From Macrostomum lignano (lineage: Eukaryota), in assembly GCA_002269645.1 (NCBI GenBank), contig NIVC01002093.1, forward strand, positions 1-64,000: a stretch of DNA of 64,000 nucleotides, given 5' to 3'. This document shows, piece after piece, positions 26,901-38,362 of this stretch. Below the pieces are notes generated by a model. The model ran no database searches and was not told where the DNA came from. It saw only the letters and a program-made list of their open reading frames with translations. Numbering within the stretch: the first letter of the stretch is position 1; each line of letters starts with the position of its first letter. Position numbers and translations under genes: made by a program.

Positions 26901-29900
26901 ATCGCCTGAGATATCTCCCTAGAATCGCCTGAGATATCTCCCTAGAATCGCCTGAGATATCTCCCTAGAATCGCCTGAGATATCTCCCTAGAATCGCCTG
27001 AGATGTCTCCCTAGAATCGCCTGAGATATCTCCCTAGAATCGCCTGAGATATCTCCCTAGAATCGCCTGAGATGTCTCCCTAGAATCGCCTGAGATATCT
27101 CCCTAGAATCGCCTGAGATGTCTCCCTAGAATCGCCTGAGATATCTCCCTAGAATCGCCTGAGATATCTCCCTAGAATCGCCTGAGATATCTCCCTAGAA
27201 TCGCCTGAGATATCTCCCTAGAATCGCCTGAGATATCTCCCTAGAATCGCCTGAGATATCTCCCTAGAATCGCCTGAGATATCTCCCTAGAATCGCCTGA
27301 GATATCTCCCTAGAATCGCCTGAGATATCTCCCTAGAATCGCCTGAGATATCTCCCTAGAATCGCCTGAGATGTCTCCCTAGAATCGCCTGAGATATCTC
27401 CCTAGAATCGCCTGAGATATCCCCCTAGAACCGCCTGGGATATCTCCCTAGAATTGCCTGGGATATCTCCATAGAATCGCCTGAGATATCTCCCTAGAAT
27501 CGCCTGAGATATCTCCCTAGAATCGCCTGAGATATCTCCCTAGAATCGCCTGAGATATCTCCCTAGAATCGCCTGAGATGTCTCCCTAGAATCGCCTGAG
27601 ATATCTCCCTAGAATCGCCTGAGATATCTCCCTAGAATCGCCTGAGATATCTTCTAGAATCGCCTGAGATATCTCCCTAGAATCGCCTGAGATATTTCCC
27701 TAGAATCGCCTGAGATATTTCCCTAGAATCGCCTGAGATATTTCCCTAGAATCGCCTGAGATATTTCCCTAGAATCGCCTGAGATATTTCCCTAGAATTG
27801 CCTGAGATATCTCTCCAAATCGCCTGAAATATACCCTATAACCACTGCTTCTTCTCATCCAACCTCAGGGCTCCTACGCGGAGAGCCAGAAAATCACCGC
27901 GGTCCGCAAGATCTACCAGAAGGCCATCGTCACTCCGATGGTGAACATCGACCAGGTGTGGCGCGACTACAGCAGCTTCGAGACCGGCCTGAACGCCGCT
28001 CTGGCCAAGAAGTTCATCGAGGACCGTCAGCGGGACTACATGAACGCTAAGCGAGTCGCTAAGGAGCTCGAGATTGTTACCAAGGGCATCAACCGGAACT
28101 GGCCTTCAACTCCGCCTACGAATAATCCTGACGAGGCCAGACAGGTGGAGCTGTGGAAAAAGTACATCGCCTGGGAGAAGGACAACCCGCTGCGCACTGA
28201 CGACTTGTCGCTGATCTCCAAGAGAGGTACATGGCATTTGAAATATCCCTCAATCCTGATCCCAGATATCTCTCAATCCTGATCACAAATGTCTCCCATC
28301 TCTGATCCCAAATATCCCTCAATCCAGATCCCAAATATCCCTCAATTCAGATCCCAAATATCCCTCAATTCAGATCCCAAATATCCCTCAATTCAGATCC
28401 TAAATATCCCTCAACTCAGATCCCAAATATCCCTCAATTCAGATCCCAAATATCCTTCAATCCAGATCCCAAATATTCCTCAATTCAGATCCCAAATATC
28501 CCTCAATTCAGATCCCAAATATCCTTCAATCCAGATCCCAAAAACTTCTCATCTCAGATCCGGAAAAATCCCATTTTTCCCCTTCCCAGTAATGTTCGCG
28601 TACGAGCAGTGCCTGCTGTGCCTGGGCCACCACCCGGACATCTGGTACGAAGCCGCCTCGTTCTTGGAGCAGGCCAGTCGCACCCTGATAGAGAAAGGGG
28701 TGAGTGAGTTCGTTCAGTGGTTTTCGTGAGTCACTTTTAGTGCTCATGTCTCATATTTAACGTTTCTTATTGACACTGCCCTGTCCCACCCACCAGGAAC
28801 CAATGGCTGCAAAGCAGTTCGCTGATGAGGCGGCCTCGATGTACGACAGAGCCACTCAGGTGCTCAAGGAGAACACCTTGCTGTACTTTGCCTATGCGGA
28901 CTATGAGGAGGTGAGCTCTCTGGCTGAGATTTGTCGGGTGAAAAGTGAATGAGATTAACTCAGAACTCTGAGATTATCTGTGAATTGGGTGAGATTGTAT
29001 AAAATTTGGGTAAAATTATCTAAGAATTAGGTGGGATTATCTGAGAATTGGGGGAGATTATCTGAGAATTAGTGGAGATTAGCTGATAATTGAATGATTG
29101 AATGAGATTATCTGAGAATCTGGGTGAGACTGGCTGAGAACTGGGCGATACTGTTTAAGAACTCGGTGAGATCAAACCTCATCCACCCCCGCCGTCGCCA
29201 GGGCCGTGGCAACTTCGAGAAGGTGCACTCGATCTACCGCAAGCTGGTGAACGTAGACAGCATCGACCCGACGCTGCCGTACATTCAGTACATGAAGTTC
29301 GCCCGCCGCAAGGAGGGCATCAAGTCGGCCCGCAGCGTGTTCAAGCTGGCCCGCGCGGACCCGCACTGCACCTACCACATATTCGCCGCGGCCGCTCTCA
29401 TGGAGTACTTCTGCAGCAAGGACCCGGCGCTGGGCCAGAGAATTTTCGACCTGGGCATGAAGAGATTCGGCCAGGTGCCGGAGTACGTGCTCTGCTACAC
29501 AGAGTACATGTCCCATCTGAATGAGGACAACAACACCCGGGTGCTGTTTGAGCGGGCGCTCACCTCCGGCTCGGTGCCAACGGAGAAGAGCCGGGTGATC
29601 TGGGCCAAGTTCTTGGAGTTTGAGACCAGCGTGGGCGACCTGGCCAGCGTGCTGAAGGTCGAGCGGCGTCGCCTGCAGGCTTTCCAGGGAGTTGAAGTGT
29701 TCCGTGGCAAGGAGACCGCGCTGCTCATTGACCGGTGAGTCTGTACCTGTAACCTGTGTCCGAGTCTGTAACCTGTGTCCGGGTCTGTAACCTGTGTCCG
29801 GGTCTGTAACCTGTGTCCGAGTCTGTAACCTGTGTCCGGGTCTGTAACCTGTCTGAGTCTGTACCCTGTGTCCGAGTCTGTAACCTGTGTCCGAGTCTGT

Positions 29901-31751
29901 AACCTGTGTCCGAGCCTGTAACCTGTGTCCGAGTCTGTAACCCGACTGTGTCCGAGTCTATAACCTGTGTCCGAGTCTGTAATCTGTGTCCGAGTCTGTA
30001 ATCTGTGTCCGAGTCTGTAATCTGTGTCCGAGCCTGTAACCTGTTTCCGAGTCTGTAATCTGTGTCTGAGCCTGTAACCTGTCTGAGTCTGTAACCTGTG
30101 TCCGAGTCTGTAACCTGTGTCCGAGTTTGTAACCTGTGTCCGAGCCTGTAACCTGTATCTGATCCTGTAACCTGTGTTCGAGTCTGTAACCTGTATCCGG
30201 GTCTGTAACCTGTCTGAGTCTGTAACCTGTGTCCGAGTCTGTACATTCAGTACATGATTCTGTAATCTGTGTCCGAGCCTGGAACCTGTGTCCGAGTCTG
30301 TAACCTGTCTGAGTCTGTAACCTGTGTCGAGTCTGTAACCTGTGTCCGAGTCTGTAACCTGTGTCCGAGCCTGTAACCTGTGTCCGAGTCTGTAACCCGA
30401 CTGTGTCCGAGTCTATAACCTGTGTCCGAGTCTGTAATCTGTGTCCGAGTCTGTAATCTGTGTCCGAGCCTGTAACCTGTTTCCGAGTCTGTAATCTGTG
30501 TCTGAGCCTGTAACCTGTGTCCGGGTCTGTAACCTGTCTGAGTTTGTAACCTGTGTCCGAGTCTGTAACCTGTGTCCGATTTTGTAACCTGTGTCCGAGC
30601 CTGTAACCTGTATCTGATCCTGTAACCTGTGTTCGAGTCTGTAACCTGTATCCGGGTCTGTAACCTGTCTGAGTCTGTAACCTGTGTCCGAGTCTGTACA
30701 TTCAGTACATGATTCTGTAATCTGTGTCCGAGCCTGTAACCTGTGTCCGAGTCTGTAACCCGACTGTGTCCGAGTCTATAACGTGTGTCCGAGTCTGTAA
30801 TCTGTGTCCGAGCCTGTAACCCGGCTGTGTCTGAGCCTGTAACCTGTTTCCGAGTCTGTAATCTGTGTCCGAGCCTGTAACCCGGCTGTGTCCGAGCCTG
30901 CAACCCTGCTGTGTCTGACCCTGTAACCCAATTGTGTCCGAGCCTATAATCGGGCTGCGTCTCTGTGGAATATATATTTTTATTTTCGTCTCAGACTCCA
31001 TGATCTAATCGTACTTCATCACCAGCCGCCCCGCTCCCCCCCCAGCTACAAGTTCATGGAGCTGTTCCCCTGCTCAGAGCAGGAGCTGCGGTCCCTAGGC
31101 TACACGGACCTGGCCAAGCTGTCCCTGGCCGGCCTATCCAACCCGGCCCTCAGCGGCCTGGCCACGGCCGCTGGCATCGACGGCTCCTTCTGGCTGCAGC
31201 AGTCGCGTGACGTCCAGGCCAAACGGCCCGGCGGTGGTGCAGCCGCGGCCGCCTACGCCAAGCCCGACTTCAGCCAGATGCTGCCGTTCCGGCCGAGGGC
31301 GCACCCGCGGACGGACTCGCACCCGGTGCCTGGCGGCGAGTTCCCGCTGCCGCCGGCCGCCTCCCACCTGGTGCGCATCCTGCCGCCGCCTACCTGCTTC
31401 CGCGGCCCGTTTGTCAACGTGGACCAGCTGATGGAGCAGATGGCCCAGCTGCCGGTGCCGGAGGACTACGTCAGGCGGCAGTACTCGGCCGAGGACCGCC
31501 AGATCGACCAGGGCACCGCCTTCAGCATCGAGGTGGCCACCAGCGGCCTGCCCAGCGGTCTGAAACGGCGCAACCTGTTCCCGCCTGATGCTCACCTGTC
31601 CTTCATGCTGCCGCCGCCGCCGCCCACCGCCGACCCGGCCGATCCGACCGTCATGCCGGCCGACGCCGAGGCCACCGGCGGCGGGAGCGGCGCTGGCGGA
31701 GCCCCTGCGGAGACCTACAGGCACCGGCTGCAGAAGCGAATCAAAACCTGA
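23907..31751 (+). CDS. CSTF3: Cleavage stimulation factor 77-kDa subunit (CstF-77 / suppressor of forked), HAT-repeat protein, 755 aa
   Basis: Hand-spliced join(23907..23918,24560..24751,25047..25079,25170..25379,27869..28226,28590..28699,28797..28910,29202..29734,31046..31751). All introns are GT-AG with consistent phases; total 2268 nt. Hallmarks: [140 protein letters not shown]. The first micro-exon (MDRS) is the least certain part. Confidence 0.95.
23965..24505. repeat. 23-bp minisatellite, about 23 copies, CSTF3 intron 1
   Basis: Unit CTTCAATCCCGTACAGAACCGCT. Confidence 0.9.
24770..25005. repeat. Short G/T-rich tandem repeats, CSTF3 intron 2
   Basis: About 3 copies of TTTGGGRTGGAGTGTGGGCAG and about 4 copies of GGGTAGAGATTAAGGGTAGAGTGTGCAT. 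Confidence 0.75.
25470..27830. repeat. 23-bp minisatellite, about 100 copies, fills CSTF3 intron 4
   Basis: Unit CTAGAATCGCCTGAGATATCTCC, containing the perfect palindrome GAGATATCTC. Confidence 0.97.
28245..28560. repeat. 23-bp minisatellite, about 13 copies, CSTF3 intron 5
   Basis: Unit CTCAATTCAGATCCCAAATATCC. Confidence 0.88.
28950..29175. repeat. Degenerate GAGATTATCTGAGAAT repeat, CSTF3 intron 7
   Basis: Several imperfect copies of GGTGAGATTATCTGAGAATT. Confidence 0.6.
29738..30945. repeat. 19-bp minisatellite, about 60 copies, CSTF3 intron 8
   Basis: Unit CTGTAACCTGTGTCCGAGT. Internal 455-bp duplication marked by GTACATTCAGTACATGATT at 30241 and 30696. Confidence 0.93.
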
Positions 31752-31844
31752 CGCTGCGGCCTGACTGGGCTGCTTTCTGTTGTCATCTGTTCTTGTTAGT
31801 GCTGCGGCAGTGCGGCTCCGATCGATTGGAGAGCTTGTATTCTG

Positions 31845-32260
31845 AGGACATGAGATTTTTATAGTTTGTACTCTGAGGCATGAGATTTGGATAGCTTCTA
31901 CTCTAAGGCCATGAGATTTGGATAGTTTGTACTCTAAGGACATGAGATTTGGATAGCTTGTACTCTGAGGCCATGCGATTTGGATAGCTTGTACTCTGAG
32001 GCCATGAGATTTGGATAGCTTGTACTCTGAGGCATGAGATTCGGATAGCTTGTACTCTGAGGGCATGAGATTTGGATAGCTTGTACTCTGAGGCCATGAG
32101 ATTTGGATAGCTTGTACTCTGAGGCATGAGATTCGGATAGCTTGTACTCTGAGGCATGAGATTTGGATAGCTTGTACTCTGAGGCATGAGATTTGGATAG
32201 CTTGTACTCTGAGGCATGAGATTTGGATAGCTTGTACTCTGAGGCCATGAGATTTGGAGA
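31845..32260. repeat. 30/31-bp minisatellite, about 13 copies, downstream of the CSTF3 stop
   Basis: Unit GTACTCTGAGG(C)CATGAGATTTGGATAGCTT. Confidence 0.9.
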
Positions 32261-32858
32261 TCTTAGACTGTTGGTGTAGGAGATTTTGAAATCTTTCCTT
32301 GTGGGATCATGAGATTTGAAGAATATCCTACTCTAATTGGACGAGAAGTAGAATATGACATTCGAGCCATCACTGACTGTCGGAGATCGCTGTTACTGCA
32401 GTACATGCAATTATTTTACATTGTCAACTTGAATTCAAATGCATTGCCACATTTTAATGGTATCCCAGTGTCTGCTCTGGCATGCCGGTGTCGTGTAATT
32501 ATTTATTAGTTTCATAATTGTTAAATTATGCGCTTTGCAGCTCCCAGCAGGTGTGTGTGTTTAAGCCACCCTACCTGACTTGACAGTTTCTTATTTGATG
32601 CATTCTGTACTAGCTAATTAACAGTGTGCTGTATTTATGCGAATTAAATAATAACTCCTAACTGTTAAATATTGGCATTCATTTTTAATCATTTTGAAAA
32701 ATATCTTGCTCATAGTTGGCTCTGTTTTCACTGAAAGTTAGTGAAAGACAACACAAGTGGTTGCCATAGCGACTATTCATTTAGTTGGCAGGCTGCGACC
32801 AGAACAACAGAGGATCTCAGTAATGACATGCGAGTGTAATTTTATGTTGTGGTGTTTA

Positions 32859-35368
32859 AGACTCAGATATGAGATTCTACAGATTATTAGAGCGTGCCAG
32901 TCGGTGTCTTCCCGCAAAGAATCGTGTCTTTAGCTTTATCCGCTTTCCATATATTCGAAGGCGGCGATTCCGAAAAATTGCAATGCATTCAAAACAGGGA
33001 AATCCGGGAAAATCAATCAGGAATTGCCTAGATGTATAGGTAGACTCAGATATGAGATTCTACAGATTATTAGAGCGTGCCAGTCGGTGTCTTCCCGCAA
33101 AGAATCGTGTCTTTAGCTTTATCCGCTTTCCATATATTCGAAGGCGGCGATTCCGAAAAATTGCAATGCATTCAAAACAGGGAAATCCGGGAAAATCAAT
33201 CAGGAATTGCCTAGATGTATAGGTAGACTCAGATATGAGATTATACAGATTATTAGAGCGTGCCAGTCGGTGTCTTCCCGCAAAGAATCGTGTCTTTAGC
33301 TTTATCCGCTTTCCATATATTCGAAGGCGGCGATTCCGAAAAATTGCAATGCATTCAAAACAGGGAAATCCGGGAAAATCAATCAGGAATTGCCTAGATG
33401 TATAGGTAGACTCAGATATGAGATTCTACAGATTATTAGAGCGTGCCAGTCGGTGTCTTCCCGCAAAGAATTGTGTCTTTAGCTTTATCCGCTTTCCATA
33501 TATTCGAAGGCGGCGATTCCGAAAAATTGCAATGCATTCAAAACAGGGAAATCCGGGAAAATCAATCAGGAATTGCCTAGATGTATAGGTAGACTCAGAT
33601 ATGAGATTCTACAGATTATTAGAGCGTGCCAGTCGGTGTCTTCCCGCAAAGAATCGTGTCTTTAGCTTTATCCGCTTTCCATATATTCGAAGGCGGCGAT
33701 TCCGAAAAATTGCAATGCATTCAAAACAGGGAAATCCGGGAAAATCAATCAGGAATTGCCTAGATGTATAGGTAGACTCAGATATGAGATTCTACAGATT
33801 ATTAGAGCGTGCCAGTCGGTGTCTTCCCGCAAAGAATCGTGTCTTTAGCTTTATCCGCTTTCCATATATTCGAAGGCGGCGATTCCGAAAAATTGCAATG
33901 CATTCAAAACAGGGAAATCCGGGAAAATCAATCAGGAATTGCCTAGATGTATAGGTAGACTCAGATATGAGATTCTACAGATTATTAGAGCGTGCCAGTC
34001 GGTGTCTTCCCGCAAAGAATCGTGTCTTTAGCTTTATCCGCTTTCCATATATTCGAAGGCGGCGATTCCGAAAAATTGCAATGCATTCAAAACAGGGAAA
34101 TCCGGGAAAATCAATCAGGAATTGCCTAGATGTATAGGTAGACTCAGATATGAGATTCTACAGATTATTAGAGCGTGCCAGTCGGTGTCTTCCCGCAAAG
34201 AATCGTGTCTTTAGCTTTATCCGCTTTCCATATATTCGAAGGCGGCGATTCCGAAAAATTGCAATGCATTCAAAACAGGGAAATCCGGGAAAATCAATCA
34301 GGAATTGCCTAGATGTATAGGTAGACTCAGATATGAGATTCTACAGATTATTAGAGCGTGCCAGTCGGTGTCTTCCCGCAAAGAATCGTGTCTTTAGCTT
34401 TATCCGCTTTCCATATATTCGAAGGCGGCGATTCCGAAAAATTGCAATGCATTCAAAACAGGGAAATCCGGGAAAATCAATCAGGAATTGCCTAGATGTA
34501 TAGGTAGACTCAGATATGAGATTCTACAGATTATTAGAGCGTGCCAGTCGGTGTCTTCCCGCAAAGAATCGTGTCTTTAGCTTTATCCGCTTTCCATATA
34601 TTCGAAGGCGGCGATTCCGAAAAATTGCAATGCATTCAAAACAGGGAAATCCGGGAAAATCAATCAGGAATTGCCTAGATGTATAGGTAGACTCAGATAT
34701 GAGATTCTACAGATTATTAGAGCGTGCCAGTCGGTGTCTTCCCGCAAAGAATCGTGTCTTTAGCTTTATCCGCTTTCCATATATTCGAAGGCGGCGATTC
34801 CGAAAAATTGCAATGCATTCAAAACAGGGAAATCCGGGAAAATCAATCAGGAATTGCCTAGATGTATAGGTAGACTCAGATATGAGATTCTACAGATTAT
34901 TAGAGCGTGCCAGTCGGTGTCTTCCCGCAAAGAATCGTGTCTTTAGCTTTATCCGCTTTCCATATATTCGAAGGCGGCGATTCCGAAAAATTGCAATGCA
35001 TTCAAAACAGGGAAATCCGGGAAAATCAATCAGGAATTGCCTAGATGTATAGGTAGACTCAGATATGAGATTCTACAGATTATTAGAGCGTGCCAGTCGG
35101 TGTCTTCCCGCAAAGAATCGTGTCTTTAGCTTTATCCGCTTTCCATATATTCGAAGGCGGCGATTCCGAAAAATTGCAATGCATTCAAAACAGGGAAATC
35201 CGGGAAAATCAATCAGGAATTGCCTAGATGTATAGGTAGACTCAGATATGAGATTCTACAGATTATTAGAGCGTGCCAGTCGGTGTCTTCCCGCAAAGAA
35301 TCGTGTCTTTAGCTTTATCCGCTTTCCATATATTCGAAGGCGGCGATTCCGAAAAATTCCAATGCAAT
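32859..35368. repeat. 183-bp satellite, 13 full copies plus one partial, nearly identical
   Basis: AGACTCAGATATGAGATTCTAC recurs at 32859, 33042, 33225 ... 35238 (exact 183-bp period). I saw only isolated substitutions (about 33243 and about 33471). Confidence 0.97.
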
Positions 35369-35471
35369 CAAAAATCGATTTAATCTGAGAGACGATGAGA
35401 CACGATTCTTTCTGCGGGTGATACCGACTGGCACACTCTAATGATGTGTAGAATCTCATGTTTGAGTCTAC
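35236..35471. mobile_element. MITE-like foldback element whose left arm is the start of the satellite unit
   Basis: 35397-35471 (GAGACACGATTCTTTCTGCGGGTGATACCGACTGGCACACTCTAATGATGTGTAGAATCTCATGTTTGAGTCTAC) is an imperfect reverse complement of the first about 72 nt of the unit. No TSD identified. Confidence 0.7.
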
Positions 35472-35800
35472 TGATACAGCTTGGCAATGTATACAAGCCT
35501 TTTGACTGTCAACTGTCACACCCCACCGTGTCATTCTCTCTCTGTTGCGGTTTGGTGGGGAAGGGCGGTTCTCCCCCAATCGCCCAGCTTCAACCAATAG
35601 GAACAAAATACTATAGAATTCCAGAACGATTCCATGGAAAAATTGTGTCTTTCCGTGAACCCAACTGTAATAATAATATTACATGTAGTTTAATCTCCAG
35701 GTGATCTGCAGAAAAATGAGCAATTTAAGCATTTCGCCTCACCAGAAAGGAGTTTCCATGATAAGAGCAAAGAAACTGAGTTCAGTGGGTACTCTTTGGA

Positions 35801-36644
35801 TAAGTGCCGAAGCCGGTCTTGTACTCGGCCCAGAGCCGGTCGAAGCCCAGCACGTCCGACACCCGCAGGTTGACGGTCTCGAAGCACTGCTGAGTGCCCA
35901 CAGTGTGGAACTCCTGAGTTTGGATTTCGTGAAATCTTTAAAGTATTTTTCTTGTGATAGAAATCGATGTGGACTGTCAGAGATATTAGCTGTTGATCCA
36001 GAAAGCAATCAAAATACTTTTACAGCCTTGTTTAAATTAAAATCATGCAACAAAAGCAGCAACTGCTAGCAACTTTCACATAACTATTGGCATAATATTG
36101 TTACGTGACATTGCCGGCCCCACAGCGCTGAGGCAGTTATGACTATTTCGCTGACTCCTGAGCTGAGCTCATACCTTCATGCAGGCTTGAAGATGCAGTA
36201 CGCAGGAGCGCACTCGTTCGTCTGATCGTCAAGCATGCGCACTGTATGAGCCTTGGGGATTTTCCCGCATGGTGGGAATCAGAGAAACTAGACCCCTCAG
36301 CTAATTTCTGAGAACAAGGCCCAATTAATGCGGCCGCGCACACAGAATCGAACCAAGGCCCAAGGGTCGTGGCGCGCGAGCCGCTGAGCTGCTCAGAGAA
36401 ACTGCTACTCGCTGGCACAGAAACTGGATCCGGAGAATCCGAAACTCGCGCGATCGTCTTCAATGCAGACACGATTTACTCAGCAGACCGTGATATCGAA
36501 AAGCACTTTTCCAACACTCACATAGACGGTCAGCTCAGAGCTGTTCGGAGGCTGCTCGAACCAGCGGCACAGCGGGTAGTCGGTGAGCAGAGAGCAGTTG
36601 CTGGAGTTGAACACAATCCCACGACAGGCCGGTACCTCGCTGCT
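35801..36644 (-). pseudogene. Copy A: fragment of the PAN-PAN-FReD gene (3' part of exon 3 and most of exon 4)
   Basis: 36644..36522 matches exon 3 of copies B-D (EVPACRGIVFNSSNCSLLTDYPLCRWFEQPPNSSELTVY). From 35913 it matches exon 4 (EFHTVGTQQCFETVNLRVSDVLGFDRLWAEYKTGFGTY), then diverges to a stop. No exons 1, 2 or 5. The family's 3' flank motif survives at about 32750-32858. Confidence 0.85.
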
Positions 36645-37062
36645 TTCTCTACTAGCACTGATCTAGGGACTCTACCAGCACTGATCTAGGGACTCTACTA
36701 GCACTGATCTGGGGACTCTACTAGCACTGATCTAGGGACTCTACTAGCACTGATATAGGAATTCTACCAGCACTGATCTAGGGACTTTACCAGCACTGAT
36801 CTAGGGACTCTACTAGCACTGATCTAGGGACTCTACTAGCACTGATCTGGGGACTCTACTAGCACTGATCTAGGGACTCTACCAGCACTGATATAGGGAC
36901 TACTAGCACTGATCTAGGGACCCTACCAGCACTGATTTAGGGACTCTACTAGCACTGATCTATGAACTCTACTAGCACTGATCTAGGGACTCTACTAGCA
37001 CTGATATAGGGACTCTACTAGCACTGATCTAGGGACTCTACTAGCACTGATTTAGGGACTTG
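36645..37062. repeat. 23-bp minisatellite, about 18 copies, at the truncation point of copy A
   Basis: Unit CTACTAGCACTGATCTAGGGACT. Confidence 0.92.
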
Positions 37063-37369
37063 TAGTTTACGACCTTCTTTGCCTTCACGCTATTCTCTGA
37101 CTAGGCGCTTTAGCCCTCTGTCCAACGTGCACTAGCACTGGCCCCGTCAACGTAACACGTCTGTATCCGCACGTCGGCAGTGAGTCTATATATATAGCTC
37201 AAATATGCAGTCCACGAGACCAGGTTTTTCGCCACACACAAGCGCACTACAATTGCATCGCAAGCAAGCCTCCCACACCGCCCCCATTGAACTTGCGCGA
37301 GGAGCCCCATGCGGCACATACAAAGTGGAGCAAGTGTTGGCTCAGTTCCGCAGCTGTTCGCCGCTTCCG

Positions 37370-37830
37370 CTGACATCTCTGACAAGAGGCGACTTCGCCA
37401 ACTCCTTCTATACACAGCGAGCGAGGACCTACAGGCCATTGCAGCCGGTATCGCCGAAGCCGGTGATGACGTCGACAAGCTCATCAAGGCTCTCAATGAG
37501 CACTTCATCAGTCAGCTCAACTTGCCCTTCACCCGCTACCAGTTCCGTCTGTGCATCCAGCAAACCGGAGAGTCCCTGTACGACTGGATGCGGCGGCTCA
37601 GCGACACCGCGGACTGCTGCAAATTCGAAGGCCTCCGGGACTTGCTGATCCGCGACCAGCTGATTTCCGGCTGCAGCTCCGCAGGAAGCTGCTGGCCATG
37701 GACAACGTGGACCTGGGCCAGGCGGTCCGGGTGGCCAGGGCCATGGAGGCAGCTGAGGCGCAGGCCAGCCTCATGGAGACCAGCGCAGCGACCGTGCAAC
37801 GGCTGTGGAAGCGCGAGTTCAGGCCATGCG
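37370..37830 (+). mobile_element. Ty3/Gypsy gag relic with one frameshift
   Basis: RQLLLY...LIKALNEHF..NLPFTRYQFRLCIQQTGESLYDWMRRLSDTADCCKFEGLRDLLIRDQLISGCS, then after a frameshift near 37680 LRRKLLAMDNVDLGQAVRVARAMEAAEAQ. This is a typical Gypsy gag signature. Confidence 0.8.
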
Positions 37831-38204
37831 CCTCAGGGACGCCAGCACCAGCTCAATCAATCAGTTGGGATCGTCTTTAATATGATTGAACAATGCTACA
37901 TTCTCCAGCGAGCAAACATGCATGTATAGTGACTGATAAAGCAGACCTCAATGACTACCCAAGTATATTCAAGGATAACAAGTTGGCAATAAAATCTCTA
38001 TAACTGCGCGGCAATGGCCTCCTGTTCTCCGGTTGCTCAGGCTTCTTCTCAAACTCGCGCGTCGACATCGCGCGTCGACATGTGTGATGCTTCTTCCGCG
38101 GACGTACGCGATATTGTAGTCGAAAGCGGCTAGTTGGATCGCCCACCGCGTGATTCTCGCCGACGGGACATTCCGGATCTCCTTGGCTAGGCTGGAGGAC
38201 TAGA

Positions 38205-38362
38205 TGAGTGCAGTGGAGCACAGAGATGAGTGCAGTGGAGCACAGAGATGAGTTCAGTGGAGCACAGAGATGAGTTCAGTGGAGCACAGAGATGAGTACA
38301 GTGGAGCACAGAGATGAGTACAGTGGAGCACAGAGATGAGTTCAGTGGAGCACAGAGATGAG
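38205..38362. repeat. 22-bp minisatellite, about 7 copies
   Basis: Unit CAGAGATGAGT(G/T/A)CAGTGGAGCA. Confidence 0.88.
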
